The notes under the pieces are model-generated. The model was not told the DNA's origin. It ran no database searches and saw only the letters and a list, made by a program, of their open reading frames with translations. 64,000 bases of DNA, taken from contig NC_087436.1 of the NCBI RefSeq assembly GCF_036321535.1, positions 101,310,001-101,374,000 on the forward strand, written 5' to 3'. How positions within the stretch are numbered: position 1 is the first letter of the stretch; each line of letters opens with the position of its first letter. This DNA comes from Camelus dromedarius (Eukaryota). The position numbers and the translations under genes were made by a program. Positions 49,831-61,275 of this stretch are shown here, one piece after another.

Positions 49831-51137
49831 GGACTCAGAAGTGTATGTGTCTTAGATAAAAAGCATTATATTGAATGTACCTATATTAACCCATCATCCC
49901 TGCTACATTTTTTTTCTTCCCTATTGTTTACAACTTTAGTTTCTAAATTGTTTAAGGACAAAAATCCTGTCTTTTATAAACTTTAGGAATACACCTTGCA
50001 TTCAGTATACTTACATTCCTCTTAAAAATTTGTATCATGTATTAATTTCTAAATGATACACTAGAAATAGCAGTGACTAAAGGTAATAATATATGTCTGT
50101 CTCTGTTAATGAAGCCAGGGTACAGATAGTCTGGGACTGATACTGTTGCTTCACATTATCTGTATCTACCCCATCTTCATTCTAGAGTGGCTTCATTCTT
50201 AGTGCTGTCTTATGGACCAAATGCTCGATGGGAGTCTAGCTTTCCTATCCCTGTGGGGGATACCAGTGAGACAAGGGATCAAAAAACCCCATATCATATA
50301 TCACATGTCCTTACATCAGAGAATCTTCCTTGGGGCTCCGTCCAACAACTTTCTCATAAATCTCCCTTACCACGTCTAGTTGGGAGGAAAACAGGAGATT
50401 CAGTCTTTTATCTGGGCATGTTGCTACCTTAAATGAAATTAATTTTGCATTTCTTAGAAAGGAGAGTGGAGCAGTCAATTTACATTCTCTGTACAATTCT
50501 GGTTGGTGATAAATTTTTTTTTATTTTCAGATTATTAAATTTGAATAGGAATAATAACACTGACCTTGTGAAGAAGACATAAATATAAATTTCCATGCAA
50601 AGGCAGTGATAGCAAACTTACCCATACTTTAAGAAAGTTAAATACTGTTGCTTTATGGAGAAAATTGATTTAATGAAAAAAAGATACTCATCTTCTTTCT
50701 TTTTAGTACAGTTCATTATGTAGCAGGTATGTCTTTTCCCTTTTCTCCCTTCTAGTTGTTTTATTATTGGATTGTAAACCCATGATCTAACATAAATAAT
50801 AAAAGAAGGAAGAAAGTATGAAAATGAGAACCTATCTTTTATGTTATTAAATACATTATTTTTTCTAGTTATCACTAATCACCCATAAAAACTACTGTAT
50901 CTTTGCTTGTGTTTCTACTGTGTAATCTGAATTTTTTTAAAAAAACATGATTTCTATTCTAGCAATGGAAGAATCTTCAACATATAAGAAAGACTGACAA
51001 AGTTGTGTATTGTTCTTATATTCTTATATTTTCAAATGTGTTTTTGAAGCTGATTGTTTATGCCCCTCCACATTGTCTTCTTCTCCCTCTCCCCTCTTTC
51101 TCTCTTTCTGCCTTTCTGTCTTTTCCCATCGTCTTTG

Positions 51138-52155
51138 AATGAGGCCAGTATCACCCTGGTACCAAAACCAGACAAAGATGTCACAAAAATGTAAAATTAC
51201 AGGCCAATATCACTGAATATAGATGCAGAAATTCTCAACAAAATACTAGCAATTTGATTTCAGCAATACATTGAAAGGATTATACACCGTGATGAAGTTG
51301 GATTTATCCCAGGGATGCAAGGATTTTTCAGTATCTGCAAATCAATCAATGTGCTACACCACATTAACAAATTGAAGAATAAAAACCATATGATCATCTC
51401 AATAGATGCAGAGAAAGCTTTTAATAAAATTCAACATCTGTTTATGATAAAAACTCTCCAGAAAGTGGGTGTAGAGGGGATGGACCTCAACGTAATAAAG
51501 GCCATGTATGACAAACCCACAGCTAACACCATACTCAACAGTAAAAAAATGAAAGCATTCTCACTAAGGTCTGAAAGAAGACAAGAATATCCTATCTCAC
51601 CACTTTTATTCAACATAGTTTTGGAAGTCCTAGACAAAGTAATCAGAGAAGAAAAATAAATAAAAGGAATCCAAATTGGAAAGGAAGAAATAAAACAGCC
51701 ATTGTTTGCAGATGACATGATACTACACATAATAAAGCCTAAAGATACCACCAGAAAATTACTAGAGCTCATCAATGAATTCACTAAAGTTTCAGGATAC
51801 AAAATTAATATACATAAATTTGTTAAATTTTTATACATTAACAGTGAACTATCAGAAAGAGAAATTAAGGAAACAATCCCATTTACCATCACGTTAAAAA
51901 GAATAAAATATCTAGAAATAAACCTACCTAAGGAGGCAAAATATCTGTACTTGGAAGACTGTAAGACACTGATGACAGAAACTGAAGATAACACAAATAG
52001 GTGGAAAGATGTCCCATGTTCTTGGATTAGAAGAATCAATATTGTTAAAATGACCACACTACCCAAGTTTATCTACAGATTCAATACAATCCCTGTCAAA
52101 GTGCCAATTACATTTTTCACAGAACTAGAACAAATAATTTTAAAATTTGTAAGGA
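51138..52155 (+). mobile_element. Relatively young L1 ORF2 internal fragment (reverse-transcriptase domain), disrupted
   Basis: ORFs 51315-51659 '[41 protein letters not shown]...[12 protein letters not shown]' and 51702-52172 'FADDMIL...SGYKIN...[17 protein letters not shown]'. A stop codon ends the first ORF. No 3'UTR or poly-A. Confidence 0.95.
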
Positions 52156-52476
52156 TTGATTTTTTCTTGTGACCTGTCTCTGACCAAGAATTTTTTTTTT
52201 TATATTAGACAAGACAGGGAAGAGGTGAAATGAGGGAGAAAGGAGAGCTTCACAGTTAGCAGAGTTAGGTTGATGCTGTAGATTTTCAATGTATCTACAG
52301 CAAGTGAAGGAATAAATGTAAAGCTAAACTTAAGATGAAAAAGTACAGGGCCTGGTCCCAGTGAAAATTAGACTTTAAGCCCTGCATGTGTTTCAATTGT
52401 CTTTGTAGTTTAAGCTCATGAACATAAACAATGTGCCACTTGTTAGAAAGCATCCTTTTCATCCATTCTGCAGCCC

Positions 52477-52622
52477 AGTGGTTCTCAAACTGGCTACACA
52501 CTGAAATCATCTGGAGGGTTCTACTATTTGAGCCCCATCTTTAGAGTTCCTGATTTACTTGATCTAGTATAGAGCCCTGGTATCTTTACATGATCCCTCT
52601 ATACAGCCAGTGTTGAGAACCA
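52477..52622. mobile_element. MER5A/MER5A1-like hAT MITE
   Basis: TIR-like ends CAGTGGTTCTCAAAC and GTTGAGAACCAG. Confidence 0.75.
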
Positions 52623-52664
52623 GTTTTAAGCTCCATAGTTTTCTAAGTTTTGTGAATAGAAATG

Positions 52665-53141
52665 CACATCGTCCCTGACTTAACGATGGTGTGACTTACA
52701 TTTTTTTGTCTTTATGATGGTGTGAAAGCAACAGGTATTCAGTAGAAACCGTACAACAAAATTTGAATTTTGACCTTTTCCCAGACTAGCAATGTGTGGT
52801 GTGATACCCCCTGGGGATGCTGGGCTGGGGTAGCAAGTTGCAGCTCCCAGTCATCTAAGCGATCGAGGGTGAAACCATTCTGTACCCATACAACTATTGT
52901 GTTTTTCATTTTCAGTACAGGATTCAATAAATTACACAAGATGTTCAACACTTTATTGTAAAAGAATTTTGCCCCACCATAGGCTAATGTAAGTATTCTG
53001 AGTACACTTAATGTAAACTAGTCTAAGCTATGGTGTTCTGTAGGTTGGGGTTTTAAATGCATTTTTGACTTGTGATATCTTCAACTTGTGATGAGTTTTT
53101 TTTTTTTTTCAGATGTAACCCCGTCATAAGTCTGAGATCTG
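52665..53141. mobile_element. TcMar-Tigger MITE (MER47B/Tigger5-like)
   Basis: 'gtccctgacttaacgatggt...ttcagtagaaaccgtac...gcagctcccagtca...ataggctaatgtaagtattctgag...gtaaccccgtcataagtc'. Confidence 0.85.
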
Positions 53142-53799
53142 TGTTACCTGTAGAGTTTTGTTTAAAAATAATGTCATGACTTTTTTTTTAAAAATTTACC
53201 TTTCTTTAGTCATCACAGTTAATTATAATACAGATATTCTTAAAAGAATTAAACCAAGAAACATTATTAGGGTTTTGATTTAACTAGATACTAATTAATA
53301 AGCTTTGATGTTTATTCTTTGTATTGTCATCACATTTAACCCTATACTCAGCTACATGTTTGTTGCACAGTGGTTACCTCAGTTGCTTTTGGCAGAATCT
53401 TAATTCCATAAAGAATGAGAATTATCGAATCAGGTATGAGAATTTTAGTTTTGGTTGTTTACTGCAAAGTAATATGTAGGAATTAGAAACTAGAAACATG
53501 GTGCTAATCTTTGAACATGGTTCTTGATGTCCTATATTAGCAAAATTTCCAGCACGCTTTACATCCAGACATTTATTTTCCAGAGCTTACAAATGCCCTT
53601 GTTTTTCTTCTTAACACTAGCTTTAGGAAGTAGTAGATTTTAAGTAATAAACTGTGAGTTTGGAGAGTTTTGGAAAATTTGAAAATAAAGCATTAAACAT
53701 TATTCCAGATTAGTCTTTCCAGTAACAAGGCTAGTAAATATGTTTACTGTTTGTGGAGGGAGTGAGGTAGGGTGGGGGTAAAATAATACATTTTAAAAA

Positions 53800-53988
53800 A
53801 TTATTTTATTTTTAGATACTTTTAAAAATCATGATATATTTAATGTACATTATTAGTTACAGGTATACAACATTGTGATTTATAATTTTAAAGGCTATTA
53901 CTCCATTTATAGTTATTATAAAATGTTGGCTGTATTCCCTGTGTTGTAAAATATATCCTTGTAGCTTATTTATTTTATACATAATAGC
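53800..53988 (-). mobile_element. Short L1 3'-tail insertion (Cetartiodactyla-type)
   Basis: T-rich tail followed by 'gttacaggtatacaacattgtgatt...actccatttatagttattataaaatgttggctgtattccctgtgttgta'. Confidence 0.75.
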
Positions 53989-54151
53989 AAACAAGAAACT
54001 AACCAGTAAGTTTTTTAATATAGAAAAAAAAAAAATCCAGGCCTAGGGTCCCAAATTTATAGAATTACCAAATAAATTTATTTCTACCTGTAAGCCAAGG
54101 GTATCAATGAGAAAGATAAAGCAAAAAGGAGGAAGGAGTGAAAAAACAGCC

Positions 54152-54205
54152 TTATTTTATTTTATTTTATTTTATTTTATTTTATTTTATTTTATTTTAT
54201 TTTTT
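54152..54205. repeat. (TTTTA)n microsatellite
   Basis: About 10 pentamer units read directly. Confidence 0.95.
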
Positions 54206-56519
54206 ACTCAGATTGACAGTATAAATTGTCCTGAAATCACTGGATAATTAGGCAACCTTCTGCATGGCCCTGAAGTGGTAGGTTTGATACTACATAATTA
54301 GTAATGTTCTCTTCAATGTATGAGCGATAATCTCTTGATTGAATGCTCCATTTTCATTACAGTACTAAAGGAAATGAAACAATAATTAGAACAATGTGCA
54401 AGGTAAGGGAGGGCCATTTCATTACATGTTTGTATGTAGGGAAGCAGAAGAATTAATCAAAGGAAATGTGAAATTATTATGGATAATTGCAGGCGTATGG
54501 AGATGATTGGCTTGCTTGCAATCAGAATTCTGTAAAGGGACAATACATGTGCTCATCTTTCCTTGATAATGCCATCTACATCTTGGATTGTAACAGCCCT
54601 AGTATCTAGGCTTACAGTAAAGTCTTTATTGTTTTTTGGATGTCTGTAAGATGCCTGTTGAAAAACTGAACGTTTTCTTTTAGTTAAATTCTATTCCCAA
54701 TTCCCCTTGTGAAAATTTAATTTTTATTTTCTACACACTCTCAGAATACCTTCTTCATGTAATTACAAACTTTATTGTTTTATTATAGGTTTATTTTACC
54801 CTTATTTTGTACCCTCCCATCCCTTTGGATGGCACACCTTTAACTGTCTTATGCCATACTCTTTGTGGTCTCTCTACACACTTAATACTATGAGCACACA
54901 TATTTGGTCTTCAGTAAGTGCTTGATGAATTCAGTCAAATGAAAGACATCATTAAAGATAAATGATAAAAATAAATCTATAGATCTGAGTTCCTAAGAGT
55001 AATAATGTTGCAAAATGAGACAAGCCTTTACGTAATGCAAAGATTAAAAACTACTTTTATTGGTTCATTTGATAAGTAGTCGGTGATTACGAGATATGGA
55101 TAGAGCAGTACCAGAAAATTCAATTCACAGTGAATGAAGAGCTAATACTTGGGGCATCAAAATAGCAATTCTTAGTACCAGTCACCTGTCAAGCTCAAGT
55201 TCCAAGTTCTTAACTGCTGATGGAACATCTTAACTACTTAGGGGGAAAAATGTTTGTTAAGCATCTACTGTTTGTGTGAGACTATGTTGTGTGTTTTTAG
55301 AGTTCAAATAGTAAGAGAGTCTACAAATGGCCACGCAGATTGCACAAATTGCCCAGCTGTAGGAAGGGAAAGAGGGATTTATTTATACATGGCATTGATT
55401 TAATTTCTGCATTAAGGGTCTAGTAAAATTCCCCAGTCAACCCATCAGAACTTTGGCTTTCTCTTTTGCAAAGTTATCATTTACTCAATTCCTTAAGTGT
55501 TGTACTCTTTTTCAGGGACGTAGGCTATTGAAGCCTGTGATCTATGATAGAGTGAAAATTATAAAGCACTGCACTTTGTCTTTTAAAGAATTCCACCTAT
55601 AGTTACACATTTTACTGACCAAATCGAAGTATACGATAACACCCAACTTCAGAGAGAACTGAAAGTAAGATCCAATTCTATGCCTAGTATGTGCCTGGAA
55701 AGAGTGTGAATTAGTGGAAATAGGGTGAATAGGACTGATAGCATACAATTATTGACATGAATAATCATGAAAGGTTTTATATAGCACTTGAGTATTTTTA
55801 AAATAGCTAGAATTCGGGCAACAGAAAAGATGTAGAAATGGTAGGGGAAAATATGGAGTACCAACAAACCAATGGGAGTAAATAAAATAAATTCAAATAA
55901 CTCAAGTTAGTTTAAACTGCCTCTGTGAACTGCTGTCACCACATACTGTAATTCCTGTATGGTCGTTTTCCCCCCATTTCCATTGATGATTACCAGGCTT
56001 GAAAACTTGAAGCCATTTGAGAAGCACTGCTAACAGATGACTTAATTTGGGCTATATTACTGCTTCTGTGTTGCTTTAATAGCTTCTTAAGTGGTCTCCC
56101 TGAATCTAATAATACCTTTCTCCAGTACATTCACTAATAATCTTATTTTTCTAAAATTGTCTTTGATCACTTCTGTGCTTAAGAGCAATAACTATTCTTT
56201 GTTGTCATTTGGGTCAGGTGCTTAGTCTGTATCCAAATATCTAAGTTTATTGATTATTTTAACTTTTAAAATTTATTTATGTATCTTTTTTTGTACACCC
56301 AAGGAGTTGCTTTCTGTATTTTTAACAACAAAATAAAACATATTCATGAATAGTTCTTTCTTGTTGTTCTTCATCTGGAATACCCGTTTTCCTCTTTACT
56401 AGTTCATAAAGTGATCTCATTCATACTTCATTGTATCCATGAAATAAGTTCCATATTACCTCGGTATACTTCCTCTTTAAATTATATAAACAATAACAAT
56501 AAAGAAACAAAAAGGACAT

Positions 56520-56700
56520 TAATGTATTAAATTATTACTGTATATTACACAATTATACATACTCTCTATGATATAGATATATCTTCATCTGAGAAAGGAG
56601 AATGCTGAAGCTTAGAATCTGAGCTAATATCCAAAAGCTACAGAGGTCATATGGCACATAGCTGGATTTAATTTCAGGCCTGTGTAATGCCCAAACTTGA
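56520..56700 (-). mobile_element. MIR fragment
   Basis: 'gaatgctgaagcttagaatctgagctaatatccaaaagctacagag...gctggatttaatttcaggcctgtgtaa'. Confidence 0.55.
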
Positions 56701-56892
56701 CTAAACATTGTAACACTCTCTAAATTATTTTAAAATTGTATAGTTTGTCATTTTACTTAAATGTGGATTCTTATTTTTTCCTAAATTATTTTCATATGCA
56801 CATCTTCTTTCAAGCAGATTATCAGCATCTCAAAGTCAAGGACGTATCTTTGACTTGTTTTGTATCCCCAACACCACTGAGCACTATAGAAA

Positions 56893-57394
56893 TAGAAACA
56901 GAAATGAGAAAAGCAAAGGTTATTTATTCTGAGCTTACTAATATAGCAAGGGAGTCAGCCGCCTTGAACTGAGTTTTGCAGACCCAAAGGAAGGCAGAGG
57001 AAAGGGAAAGCTTTGCAGTGGAAAAAGAGGAAGACTCGGTAAGCCCTGGCTGGAGGCTGTTGACAGGAAGCTGTGGGTGGACAGCTAGAAGTTTGGGGTG
57101 CCGCATGATGCTTTAGGGCTGCATATTCATTTCTCTCTGGTTGGTCTCAAGTTGGAAGCGGGAACAAAATTTAGGAAACTTGCAGTTATTAATCAGGTCT
57201 TGGCCATTTCTGAGTGACTGTAACAGAAGTCATTGTCTAGCTTCCTGGTTTGTCACGGGAGATAGCAATCTGCCTCCCAGATTGCTTATTACAGATTAAA
57301 GGTTGGTTTCTTGGGCAGATTGCTGCAGGTTGTGGGTCAGCATGCCAATTTTTTGTATAGTCTAGCCATTGTCAATTTGCATGTTCGGACTCTA
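56893..57394 (-). mobile_element. ERV1 solo LTR (MER90/MER110-like)
   Basis: Minus strand 'gacaatggctagactata...ctgacccacaacctgcagcaatctgcccaagaaaccaacc'. AATAAA on the minus strand at about 56920-56925. Confidence 0.75.
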
Positions 57395-57774
57395 AGCTCA
57401 GTTCTGTTCTGAACAACTGAGAAGGTATCAGAAAATACTCAATTTTAATTTGGCTCTGCCAGAGGGAAGGTAAAATGAAACAATCACCTTCTTTGTAGGT
57501 TTCTGCATGCCAGTGGCTCTATTCTATACCTGAGTTTTTATGAGTTGGCCACATTCAGAGTCTTATCATTTATGATTTCTTCACTACTGAATCATTTTCC
57601 ACTTCTTTAGGAAAAATAAAAACAGGGATGGAGGAGAATCTCTGCTTCAAGGAGACAGGTCATTATTGTTCTAAAAGATCAACAATAGAGTTAAACTACC
57701 TGAATTCCTGTCTTGATCCTGAATCTTACATGTCATATGATCTGGAATTCTTACAAAATATCTTTAACCCTCTA

Positions 57775-59656
57775 TTTTTTTTTTTTTTAGGTTTTTGCTA
57801 ATGTATTTTATATTTCCCAGTTTTATTGAGAAATAATTAACATATATCACTATTTAAGTTTAAGGCATATACTATGATGGTTTGATTTACATATATTGTG
57901 AAATGATTACCACAATAGTTGCAGCTAGTATCCATCTCATATAGATGCAATAAAAAGAAAAGAAAGAAAAAATTTCTCCTTGTGATGACAACTCTAGGAT
58001 TTACTCTCAATGACTTTCCTATATATCATACACCCAGTATTGCTTATATTTATTATGTTTTACATTATATTATATCCCTGGCACTTATTTATCTTATAAC
58101 TAGAAATCTGAACTTTTGACCACTTTCCTCTAGTTTTCCCTCCTCCCACCCTTCACCTCTGGTAACCACCCAGTCTGATCTTTTTTTCTGTAAGTTTTTT
58201 TTTTCTCTAGATCCCGCATAAATCTGTCTGACATACTTACTTAGCATGATGCCTTCAGGGTTTATCCATTTTCTCACAAATGGTAGGATTTTCTTTTTTT
58301 TTTTTTTTTTTTGGCTGAATAATCTTCCATTGTGATTGTGTGTGTGTGTGTGTATACACACACATATATCATAAGTTTATCATAATGGGCATCTACCTAG
58401 CTTGTTTCCATGTCTTGGATATTGTTAATAATGATGCTCTGAGCATGCAGATAACTTTCAAGTTAGTGTTTTTGTTTCCTATGGATAAATACCCAGTAAT
58501 GGAATTGCTGGATCATATGGTAGCTCTATTTTTAATTTTTTGAGACTCCTCTTTACTATTGTCCATAGTGGCTGCACTAATTTACCATTCCACCAACAGT
58601 GCACAAGAGTTCCCTTTCTCCACATCTATGGTATTATTTACTATTTCTTGTCTTTTTGATGAGGATCATTCTAATGGTTATGAGGTAATATCTCATTGTG
58701 GTTTTAATTTGCACTTTCAAATATATATATATATATATAGCTGAATCACTATGCTGTACACCAGAAATTAACACAACATTGTAAACTGACTATACTTCAA
58801 TAAAAATAAAAAGTAGTTTGCATTTTCATAATAACTGGTGACACTGAGCATCTTTCCATGTAGCTGTTGAGCTTTCATGTATCTTCTCTGGAGAAATGCC
58901 TGTTCAGATCCTTTGCCCATTTTTCAGTTGGGTTATTTGGCCGGGTGTGGAAGGGGGATTGGTATTGAATTGTTTGAGTTCTTCATATATTTTAGATATT
59001 AAGCCCTTATCAGATAAATGGTTTGCAGATATTTTTCCTATTCTGTAGGTTGTCTTTTTACTTTATTGCTGGTTACTTTTACTGTCCAGAGGCTTTTCAG
59101 TTTGATGTAGTTTCACTTGTTTATTTTTCATTTTGTTGCTTGTGCTTTAGGTGTTTTATCCAAAAAATTCTTACTGAGACTTATGTCAAGGAGATTTATT
59201 CCTGTTTTCTTCTAGTTTTATGGTTTCAAGTTTTACATTTAAGCCTTTAATCCATTAAGATACAGGTCTATTCTTTTACATGTGACTATCAAATTAACCC
59301 AGACCATTTACTGAAGACTGTCTTTTCTCCATTTAGTATTCTTGGTTCCCTTGTCAAATATTAGTTGACCGTATATGTTTGGGTTTACTTCTGGGCTCTC
59401 AACTCTGTTCCATTGGTCTGTTTGTCTGTTTTGTGCCAGTGCCATATTCTTTTGATGACTATAGCTTCACAACATAGCTTGAAATCAGGTGTGATGCCTC
59501 CTGCTTTGTTCTTCTTTCCCAGGATTTCTTTGGCTATCTAGGATCTTTTGTGGTTATATATAAATTTTAGGAGTGCTTTTCTACTGCTGTGAAAAAAAAA
59601 CAGCACTGGTATCTTGATAAGGATTGCATTGAATCTATGTGGCTTTTGGTAGTATA
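57775..59656 (-). mobile_element. 5'-truncated L1 (3'UTR and ORF2 end) with poly-T tail, inserted into a MIR
   Basis: Poly-T from 57775, L1 3'UTR 'ttttattgagaaataattaacata...tgtgaaatgattaccacaata', then antisense ORF2 text to 59656. MIR core halves 'ttaaccctct' and 'aagctccatttctttatc' flank it. Confidence 0.9.
58720..58813 (+). mobile_element. Ultra-short young L1 3'-tail insertion nested in the older L1
   Basis: (TA)n followed by 'ctgaatcactatgctgtacaccagaaattaacacaacattgtaaactgactatacttcaataaaaa'. 15-bp TSD TA[A/G]TTTGCA[C/T]TTTCA at 58705-58719 and 58814-58828. Confidence 0.88.
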
Positions 59657-60771
59657 AAGCTCCATTTCTTTATCAGTACATTAGAGATTATGATATCAAT
59701 TATCTTAAAAGACTGTTGTAACAAATAGGGATAAATTAAGAAGTTGAGAAGCCCAAGCATTGACCTGTTTATTAAATTTCTTCATATGCAAGTCAAAATG
59801 GAAATATTTCTAAACCATAGATTAATTAGAAAAAAGCCCAACAGTATTTTTATTCTCCCTATGATGAAAATATTTTATGTCATTTTAAAAATAATGTCAA
59901 ATAATTTCCCCTTTTTTCTTTAGGGAGGGAGTTATTTAGGCATTCTGATTCCTTAAGCACATATTTTAGAGTACCTGTAATGTAATCTATTGTTGGTAGT
60001 GATTAAAATAAGCCTCACATATAAAACACTTAGCAATAAATAACAATATTATAGTGATGATTAATTTCATTATTATGTTTTGAAGTTTCATGTAATGTTA
60101 CAATGATAAATAATAAATACATAGAAACAATTCATTGTCTTTAAATGCAGTTCTGTTTTCTAAAGTTTTTCAGAAAAATTCTCATGTTAACGGGTAAAAT
60201 AAAGTTTCTGTTAAAACTGTAAAATTGGTAGAAAAGTTGCTGCTTTTAAATCAAAAGAACTTTTAGAGGCACTGAGAAACAGAAAAGAACTCATGACATT
60301 CTTTATGGGTCAAGTCTGTCTTGAACCTGTTTTAAAAAAATGTAAATTATTATTATTTTTTTCTTTAAACTTGAAGACTTGAATAGCTTGGTTAAAGACA
60401 GAAATGTTATTTTATAAATGTAGAATAAGTCATAACAGTGTCGTGCAGAGTGACTAAAACACACATTACCCTGCATAAGAAGGAATTAACTGCAGAACAA
60501 ATGGGAAAGTTGTAATTTTAGAGTGGCCAAATGTGTGCACCTTTAAAGTAATTTACTTCAAAAGGAAATTTATTTTGTTACAATACTTTCTCAGAAACAG
60601 GGGAAAAAAGTTTTAATTCATACTTTCAGGACAAATGTATTATGTATTTTTTTTGTTGTGTTTTCTTTCTTTTCAGCAAAGCCTTTTTGTTTTAATACCC
60701 CGAATTAAATAAATGGGTTCTTGTCTATTTTGATGTTATATATTTTCATTAATTCTTACACTGATTCTTCA

Positions 60772-61275
60772 ATAATTCATCCATTTGTGGATACATAATA
60801 TTGAGCACCTATTATATGCTAGTCACTGGGCTAAGCACTTGAGATATAAGTGTTGAGTATGACGGCTGTGGTTCCTCCCTTCCAGGATAATAGTTCCAAC
60901 AGAAAACTAGAATGCAGTATAATTGGGGTTCCAGTGGAGGAAGTCCCTTGTGCTGTGACACCACATAAGAGAAGACCCTGATACAAATGTTACCATATGT
61001 GTGTGGAGATCAAGGGACAGAAAGGAACTGGGGGTAGAATACTTCCTAGAGGTACAAAGGATGAGATATAAAACCTAGAGGGAATAGTGGTCCAGATTCA
61101 GAGGAAAAAAAGAATGTGGAAAGGCCCAAAGGTAAATGAGTGCAAAGAGGTAAATGGTAAGAATGAAATTTAGAAGTTTATTAAGAATCAATTTGCACAG
61201 GGCCCTGTATGACATTTAATTGGCTTTGGATTTTATTCTGTGGTCAAGGGACAGCTATTAAGATTTTTCATTTAA
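60772..61275 (-). mobile_element. L2 fragment
   Basis: 'attcatccattt...tattgagcacctattatatgctagtcactgggctaagcactt' and 'ctttggattttattctg'. Confidence 0.7.

Noticed and set aside
51431..52066. Longest ORF in the track (211 aa, minus strand)
   Set aside because: It is the antisense shadow of the L1 ORF2 RT fragment. Such hydrophobic antisense ORFs are common in L1 and are not genes.
55076..55165. Open frame VVGDYEIWIEQYQKIQFTVNEELILGASK
   Set aside because: Short, weak splice signals and unrecognised; consistent with chance.
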